DNA from: Myxococcota bacterium
Lineage (GTDB): Bacteria > Myxococcota_A > UBA9160 > UBA4427
DNA: 64,000 nt
Assembly (NCBI GenBank): GCA_965250285.1
Contig: OZ252299.1
Span: 1,632,001-1,696,000 of the forward strand
Reading direction: 5' to 3'
Positions 58,235 to 64,000 of the stretch are shown here, one piece after another. Position 1 is the stretch's first letter; every line of letters begins with the position of its first letter. Position numbers and translations under genes: made by a program. A model generated the notes under the pieces. The model did not search any database. It was not told the DNA's origin and saw only the letters and a list, made by a program, of their open reading frames with translations.

Positions 58235-60193
58235 ATGCGCGACGCGGCCGAAGGCCCGAGCGAAACGGCTGGATCGAACGACGCAGGTGGAGCGCCCGCT
58301 GGGAAGGATCGCCGGGTCCGGCTGCTCTCCGATGCCCTGGTCGACCAGATCGCGGCGGGCGAAGTCGTCGAGCGCCCGGCCTCGGTCGTCAAGGAGCTGG
58401 TCGAGAACGCACTCGATGCCGGGGCGACACGCGTGCGAGTCGAGGTGCGAGACGGCGGCGCCGCGTTCATCGGGATCACCGACGACGGTCTCGGCATGTC
58501 GCCCGATGACGTACGCATGGCCCTCATGCGCCACGCGACGAGCAAGCTCCGCGAGAAGGGCGACCTCGAACGCATCCACAGCTTCGGCTTTCGCGGCGAG
58601 GCATTGCCCTCGATCGCGAGTGTTTCGAGGCTGCGCATCCTGAGCCGTGAGCGCGACGCCGACGAGGGCTTCGAGGTGCGGGTCGAGGCGGGTGAAGTGG
58701 TGCGCGAATCGACGGCCGGCGGCCCGGTCGGCACGCGCGTCGAGGTGGCTGATCTCTTCGCGCCGGTGCCGGCGCGGCGCAAGTTCCTCAAGAAGCCCGG
58801 GACCGAATGGAGCCACATCGCCGATTGGCTCGCCCGGCTGGCGCTCTCGCTGCCGGGCGTGCACTTCGAGACTCAGCGCGACGACCGACCGGCGAGCGTG
58901 TGGCCGGCGTGCGAGAGCACGCGCGATCGCATCATGCAGGTGCTGCCCGCGCGCGATGCCGAGACCCTCGTCGAAGTCGAACGCGAAGACGAGACGGGTC
59001 ACTTGCACGCATTCGCCTCGCCCCCAACACACCACCGCGCCAACGGCGAGGGGCTGTACCTCTACGTGAACGGTCGGCCCGTCCGCGACAAGCTGCTGCG
59101 TAGCGCGGTGATCGCGGCCTACCGCGACATCCTGCCCCGAGGTCGGTTTCCGATCGCGGTCGTCTTCTTGACCGTCGCGCCCGAGACCGTCGACGTGAAC
59201 GTGCACCCGGCCAAGTGGGAGGTGCGCTTCACCGAGCCTCAGGCGGTGCATCAGCTCGTGCGGCGCGCCGTGCGCGACGCGATGTCGGATCGGGCGTGGC
59301 TCTCGGGCGGGGGGTCGGCGCCGACCCCTTCGGCGACGACGCCGAATCGATTCGCTTCGACGCCGCCTGCGGTCGCGGGGCCTTCGCCGCCGCTCGCGCC
59401 CCGTGAGAGCCAATCTGCGCATCCGCCCACGCGGACGCCGGCGGAAGGCCGCGCGACGACCACCGACTGGATCTTCGCGCGCGAGGCCGCCGATCGGCTC
59501 GGCGGCGCGGTTGCCGATGCCGGCGACGTGGTCTCGACCCCGGTCGGAGCGCCGACACCGGCCGACGTCGCGAGCGAACAGCGGCCGTTTCGATTCGGCG
59601 AGCTGCAGCGCCTCGGGCAGATCAAGGCCTCGTACATCGCGCTCGAGGGCCCGGCGGGGCTCGTCGTCGTGGATCAACACGCGGCGCACGAGCGCGTGCT
59701 CTACGAACGCCTGCGCGCGACCTGGCTCGAAGCGGGGGTCGAGCGCCAGGCGCTGTTGGTGCCCGTGACCGTCGAGCTGCCGGCGTTGCAGCTCGATGCC
59801 CTCATCGCGGGACGGGCGGCCGTCGAGCAGCTGGGCTTCGAGATCGAGGCCTTCGGCGAGGACGCCGTCGTGGTGCGCGCGGTGCCCGCGCTGCTCACCG
59901 ATCGCGATCCGGAAGGGCTCGTGCGCGAGCTGGCCGAGGAGCTCGAGCGCAGCCCCCTCGATGCGGCGGGCGACGGCGAGCGCATTCGGCTCCTGAGCGC
60001 GGTCGACCGCTTCTTCGCGACGCTCGCCTGTCACTCGGCGCGACGTTTCGGCGATCGTCTCGGACCCGAGGAGCAGCAGGCGATCCTGCGCGCGCTCGAC
60101 GAGATTCCGTGGGCGCCGTCGTGTCCGCATGGGCGGCCGGTCGCGATCGCGTTCGATTGGCCCGACATCGAACGGCGCTTCGACCGGCGCTAG
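58235..60193 (+). CDS. mutL: DNA mismatch repair endonuclease MutL
   Basis: QIAAGEVVERPASVVKELVEN, FGFRGEAL, VDVNVHP, DQHAAHERVLYE, CPHGRP. Confidence 0.97.
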   Translation: MRDAAEGPSETAGSNDAGGAPAGKDRRVRLLSDALVDQIAAGEVVERPASVVKELVENALDAGATRVRVEVRDGGAAFIGITDDGLGMSPDDVRMALMRHATSKLREKGDLERIHSFGFRGEALPSIASVSRLRILSRERDADEGFEVRVEAGEVVRESTAGGPVGTRVEVADLFAPVPARRKFLKKPGTEWSHIADWLARLALSLPGVHFETQRDDRPASVWPACESTRDRIMQVLPARDAETLVEVEREDETGHLHAFASPPTHHRANGEGLYLYVNGRPVRDKLLRSAVIAAYRDILPRGRFPIAVVFLTVAPETVDVNVHPAKWEVRFTEPQAVHQLVRRAVRDAMSDRAWLSGGGSAPTPSATTPNRFASTPPAVAGPSPPLAPRESQSAHPPTRTPAEGRATTTDWIFAREAADRLGGAVADAGDVVSTPVGAPTPADVASEQRPFRFGELQRLGQIKASYIALEGPAGLVVVDQHAAHERVLYERLRATWLEAGVERQALLVPVTVELPALQLDALIAGRAAVEQLGFEIEAFGEDAVVVRAVPALLTDRDPEGLVRELAEELERSPLDAAGDGERIRLLSAVDRFFATLACHSARRFGDRLGPEEQQAILRALDEIPWAPSCPHGRPVAIAFDWPDIERRFDRR

Positions 60194-60257
60194 CCCGCTC
60201 GACTGGCCCGACATCGAACGGCGCTGCGACCGGCGCTAGCCCGATGGACTGGCCCGA
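60153..60257 (+). repeat. 46-bp tandem repeat, about 2.3 copies, duplicating the mutL 3' end and stop codon
   Basis: TCGAYTGGCCCGACATCGAACGGCGCTKCGACCGGCGCTAGCCCG at 60153 and 60199; partial GACTGGCCCGA at 60247. Confidence 0.95.
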
Positions 60258-60333
60258 GTGCTGCGAGCGCCGGGCGGCGACGCGGGGCCGTTTCGGACGT
60301 CTTCCGTCGAGCGGCTGCTAGAGTGCGCGCCCC

Positions 60334-61302
60334 ATGACCGACACCGGATCGCAACAGAGCGACGATCGGCCGCCGGTCGTCGTCGTGACCGGCCCGACCG
60401 CGAGCGGCAAGACGGGCCTCGCCATCGAGCTGGCCGAGCGCTTCGACGGCGAGATCGTCAACGCCGACTCGATGCAGGTCTACCGGTACATGGATATCGG
60501 CACGGCCAAGCCGAGCCTCGAAGAGCGCGCCCGGGTGCCGCATCACCTCTTCGACGTCGTGCCCCCCGACGCCGACTACAGCGCCGGTCGCTACAGCGAA
60601 GAGGCGCGCCGTGTCGTGGCCGAGATCCATGCTCGAAACCATCTGCCGCTGCTCGTGGGCGGCACGGGGCTCTACATCCGCGCGTTTCTCTACGGGCTGG
60701 TGGCGACCGGCGCCGCCGACAGTGCGCTGCGCGAGCGCCTCGAGGACGAGCAGAAGAGGGCGGCCGAGGCGGGCGACCCCGAGCGACTCCACCGTCGACT
60801 CGCCGACCTCGATCCCGACGCGGCGTCGAAGATCCACCCGAACGATGTCCGCCGCACCGTGCGCGCGCTCGAGATCGTCGAGCAGAGTCGCGGGGCCGCG
60901 TCCGAGGTGCGACGCGCTCACGGCTTCGCCGAGTGTCCGTACCGGGTGCTCCACCTCGCGGTCGACCCCGGCCGTGACGTCCTCGCCGAGCGCATCGACC
61001 GGCGCTGCGAGACGATGATCGAGGCGGGGCTGCTGCGGGAGGTGCGGCGTCTGCGCGACCGGGGCTATGGGCCCGATCTGCGCCCGATGCAGGCGATCGG
61101 CTACCGACACGTGCAGCCCGTCGTCGATGGCAGCGAGACGCTCGCCGGCGCGCTGGTCGCGATGCAGGCCGACACGCGGCGCTTCGCCCGGCGGCAGCGG
61201 ACGTGGCTCAGGAAGGTCGACGAAGCCGAGTGGATCGATCCCGAAGATCGCGATGCGATCGAGGCGCGGGTGAGGGCGTTCCTGGCCGAGTCGGGCCGTT
61301 GA
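60334..61302 (+). CDS. miaA: tRNA dimethylallyltransferase
   Basis: GPTASGKT, DSMQVYRYMDIGTAKP, GGTGLY, AIGY, ARRQRTW; follows mutL. Confidence 0.97.
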   Translation: MTDTGSQQSDDRPPVVVVTGPTASGKTGLAIELAERFDGEIVNADSMQVYRYMDIGTAKPSLEERARVPHHLFDVVPPDADYSAGRYSEEARRVVAEIHARNHLPLLVGGTGLYIRAFLYGLVATGAADSALRERLEDEQKRAAEAGDPERLHRRLADLDPDAASKIHPNDVRRTVRALEIVEQSRGAASEVRRAHGFAECPYRVLHLAVDPGRDVLAERIDRRCETMIEAGLLREVRRLRDRGYGPDLRPMQAIGYRHVQPVVDGSETLAGALVAMQADTRRFARRQRTWLRKVDEAEWIDPEDRDAIEARVRAFLAESGR

Positions 61303-61323
61303 GGCACCCGAGCGCGGTCGAGC

Positions 61324-61899
61324 TCAGTAGTCGGCGCGGGTGTAGTTGATCCCGAAGCGGAACGGAATCGAGATCAGGGTCGCCACCGGATTCCACCGGA
61401 CGTACCACTTCTCGTTCCACGAGAGCGGGTTCTCCCAGTCGGCGACGACGGCCGAACCCGACTCGACCGGCGAGAAGAGCTCGTCCATATCCCCGTCGAA
61501 CGGAAAGAGCAGCACCCCGGGCACCGTTTCGAGGCCGCCGGTGATCGTGCGAATCGCGCCACAACCAAACGTCAGCCCGACGAGCCAGACGTAACCGGGC
61601 ACGGCATAGGTGACGCGCACGGCTCGACTGTCGTCGATGTCGCGCAGGTTGGTCACCAGGATGTGACCGCCGGTGTAGGGCGATACGGCCGAATCGAGCG
61701 GGCCATTGATGATGTTCGAGAACGCCATGCGCAGCGTCGCATCGGTGGCGTGCGCGGCACCCGGCCACGCGGTCGTGGCGACGAGGCTCGCTGCGAGCAC
61801 GACGGCCCACAGGCCGCTCGACTTCGAAGCCCGTCCGCGCCGGCGCGTCGACGTGCGGGGGGGCTCGTCCCGGTACGATCGGGGAAGGGCGCGTTGCAT
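61324..61899 (-). CDS. Hypothetical exported/membrane protein
   Basis: Signal-like segment ending AAHA; hydrophobic helices; weak resemblance to exosortase-system-associated small proteins. Confidence 0.6.
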   Translation of the reverse strand: MQRALPRSYRDEPPRTSTRRRGRASKSSGLWAVVLAASLVATTAWPGAAHATDATLRMAFSNIINGPLDSAVSPYTGGHILVTNLRDIDDSRAVRVTYAVPGYVWLVGLTFGCGAIRTITGGLETVPGVLLFPFDGDMDELFSPVESGSAVVADWENPLSWNEKWYVRWNPVATLISIPFRFGINYTRADY

Positions 61900-62143
61900 G
61901 AGTTCCTCCGTCCCGTGCGCCTCGGCGCGCTGCTCGGTGGGGCGGGATCCGAATCGAGGCGAGCCGCCCCCGAGTCCGTCGAACCGTGGCCGCCGGGAAG
62001 TGCGCAGACTACGTGCCCGAGCGATTCGTTGTCAAGCAGCCGCTTCAGCCGAAAGTCGCGTCGGATCGGGGATTTGGAGTGCGACCTGCAAGCTCGGCCG
62101 GCGCGGCCAGAGGCACCCCCTGGGCTATCGTCCGCCGCGCCTC

Positions 62144-63502
62144 ATGAACGCTTCCCACGCCATTCCCATCGTCGCGATCGTCGGTCGTCCGAACGTCGGC
62201 AAGTCGACGCTGTTCAATCGCTACGCCGGCCGCCGGCGCGCCCTGGTCGCCGATCGCCCGGGGCTGACTCGCGACCGGATCGCGGAGCAGGTCGAGGTCG
62301 AGGGGCGACTGATCCTGCTCGTCGATACCGCGGGGCTCGACTCGGCGGCCGAAGCCGGGCTCGATGCCGCCGTCCAGCGGCAGGCCGAGTCGGCGGTCGA
62401 TGAAGCCGACGCGGTGCTGTTCGTCGTCGACGGCAAGGCGGGTCTCTTGCCCGAAGACGAGGGGATCGCCCGCACGCTGCGAAAGAGCCGCAAGCCGCTC
62501 GCTCTGGTCGTCAACAAGATCGATCAACCAGAGCATCATGGAGACAGGGTCAACGACTTCTATTCGCTGGGTTTTTCCGATCTGCACCCCGTCTCGGCCG
62601 AGCATGGCCACGGCGCATTCGATGCGCTCGAGGAGCTCGTGTCGAAGTTGCCGCCGGCGCCCGCGACGGGGGCCGGCGACGCAGACGACGAAGATGCGCC
62701 GGCGCGCATTGCCATCGTGGGTCGGCCCAACGTCGGCAAGAGCTCGCTCACGAACCGCCTGCTCGGCGAAGAGCGCGTGGTCGTGTCCGACGTCGCCGGC
62801 ACGACGCGCGACGCGATCGACACCGAGCTCGAGATCGACGGCGAGATGTTCGTGCTGATCGACACGGCGGGCCTGCGGCGACCGGGACGTCGCCAGGGCA
62901 TCGGCGAGAAGGTCGGTGCGCTGATGACCGTGCGGTCGCTCGAGCGCGCCGATGTCGCGCTCCTCGTGATCGATGGCGAAGAGGGTTTCACCGACCAGGA
63001 CGCCCATGTCGGTCGCTCGCTGCGCGACCTCGGCTGCGCGGCGGTGGCGGTCGTCAACAAGTGGGATCTCGTGCCCAGGGAGCGGCGGAAGGACGTGCTC
63101 GACGGGGTCGAGCACGGGCTGCGCTTCATGGAGGACGTGCCCATCGTGACCCTGTCGGCGAAGACCGGGGCACGGGTCACGAAGCTGCTGCCGCTCATCG
63201 TTCGGGCCGCGCAGGCCGGCGGGCAACGGATCCCGACGGCCGAGCTCAACCGCTGGCTCAAGGATGCCGTGGCGCGCCACGACCCGGGCATGGGCCGCAA
63301 GGGCTCGGGTCGGGGACCGATCAAGTTCCTCTACGCCACCCAGGTTGGCGTGCGACCGCCGACGTTCGCGCTCTTCGGGACGGCACCCGAGGCGGTGAGT
63401 ACGGCGTATCGGCGCTTCCTCGAAAATCGGCTGCGCGAGAGCTTCGGCTTCGAGGGCACGCCGATCCGGCTCGTGCTGCGCGCGCGCCGCGACGACGGCT
63501 GA
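62144..63502 (+). CDS. der: Ribosome biogenesis GTPase Der (EngA)
   Basis: Two GRPNVGKS G domains, DTAG, NKID/NKWD, C-terminal PPTF...FGFEGTPI. Confidence 0.97.
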   Translation: MNASHAIPIVAIVGRPNVGKSTLFNRYAGRRRALVADRPGLTRDRIAEQVEVEGRLILLVDTAGLDSAAEAGLDAAVQRQAESAVDEADAVLFVVDGKAGLLPEDEGIARTLRKSRKPLALVVNKIDQPEHHGDRVNDFYSLGFSDLHPVSAEHGHGAFDALEELVSKLPPAPATGAGDADDEDAPARIAIVGRPNVGKSSLTNRLLGEERVVVSDVAGTTRDAIDTELEIDGEMFVLIDTAGLRRPGRRQGIGEKVGALMTVRSLERADVALLVIDGEEGFTDQDAHVGRSLRDLGCAAVAVVNKWDLVPRERRKDVLDGVEHGLRFMEDVPIVTLSAKTGARVTKLLPLIVRAAQAGGQRIPTAELNRWLKDAVARHDPGMGRKGSGRGPIKFLYATQVGVRPPTFALFGTAPEAVSTAYRRFLENRLRESFGFEGTPIRLVLRARRDDG

Positions 63503-63649
63503 GCCGATGCCGCCACGGCCGGTCGCCGCGAGGCTGCAAACGGGGCCACGCGGATCGGCGAGGCCGCATGCATCGCACGGGCTCGAACTCGCCGCGCTCT
63601 CCGATACAATGCCGGCCCTCGAAAACCGCTCGAGCCTCCAGGAGATCCC

Positions 63650-64000
63650 GTGGCGAAGCGCAACAAGAGAAAGCCCGCACCCGACTCGGCGACGCATGCG
63701 CTCGACGGGATCGAACGCGAGACCGATCGGCTCGCCGAGTGGATGACCGAGCACCAGGTGACGATCCTCGCCGTGGCCGCCGGGGTGCTCGTGCTGGCCG
63801 CCATCGTCGGGTTCGCGACCTCGAGCCGGCAATCCTCGCGGGCCGAGGCCGCCGAGGCGTTCGCGGCGCTCCAGACCGAGTATCGCGTCGCCATGGGTGC
63901 GCCGGCCGGCGCCATCGAGATCGCCGAACCCGCCAACCCCGAGACGGCGGAGGCCGTGCGCACCGAGTACGCCGCCCGCTTCGGCGAGCTCGCGAAGACC
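63650..64000 (+). CDS. YfgM-like membrane-anchored helical protein (partial, runs off window)
   Basis: AGGAG RBS, GTG start, MAKRNKRK...LAEWMTEHQ then one TM helix; frame open to the window end. Confidence 0.6.
   Translation, partial: MAKRNKRKPAPDSATHALDGIERETDRLAEWMTEHQVTILAVAAGVLVLAAIVGFATSSRQSSRAEAAEAFAALQTEYRVAMGAPAGAIEIAEPANPETAEAVRTEYAARFGELAKT

Overview
GC-rich bacterial chromosomal window. Gene content and order suggest a Myxococcota/deltaproteobacterial lineage (inference). No integrase, transposase, prophage or CRISPR array was seen. 1-12.6 kb is housekeeping: end of guaA, dnaE, tRNA-Val, thrS-infC-rpmI-rplT, ihfA-merR and tRNA-Pro, with pheST absent from its usual slot. 12.9-24.1 kb is a mostly minus-strand catabolic block (SDR, CoA transferase, GH38, XRE-cupin regulator, sphingosine-1-phosphate-lyase-like PLP enzyme, PHP hydrolase), followed by pcm-nlpD-apt-tRNA-Arg. 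About 30.7-55.7 kb is a large cell-surface glycan locus. It combines PEP-CTERM/exosortase-type EPS genes (priming sugar transferase, FemAB-like, Wzc/tyrosine kinase, ExeA ATPase, EpsI, Wza, CAAX protease) with a mycobacterial-type polyprenyl-phospho-arabinofuranose pathway (HAD-UbiA, DprE1, DprE2, nearby Prs), UDP-xylose synthase and an SxtI/J/K-like carbamoylation triad. The window ends with mutL-miaA, der and a partial YfgM-like gene. Main oddities read from the sequence: an exosortase-shaped protein lacking the catalytic residues and probably starting at CTG; a frameshift in a G7 tract of the priming glycosyltransferase; a His-less HPt-like protein; a GAFTGA-less enhancer-binding protein; three separate tandem duplications of gene 3' ends; and an AUU start for infC. 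All family calls come from motif recognition by eye; no searches were run.
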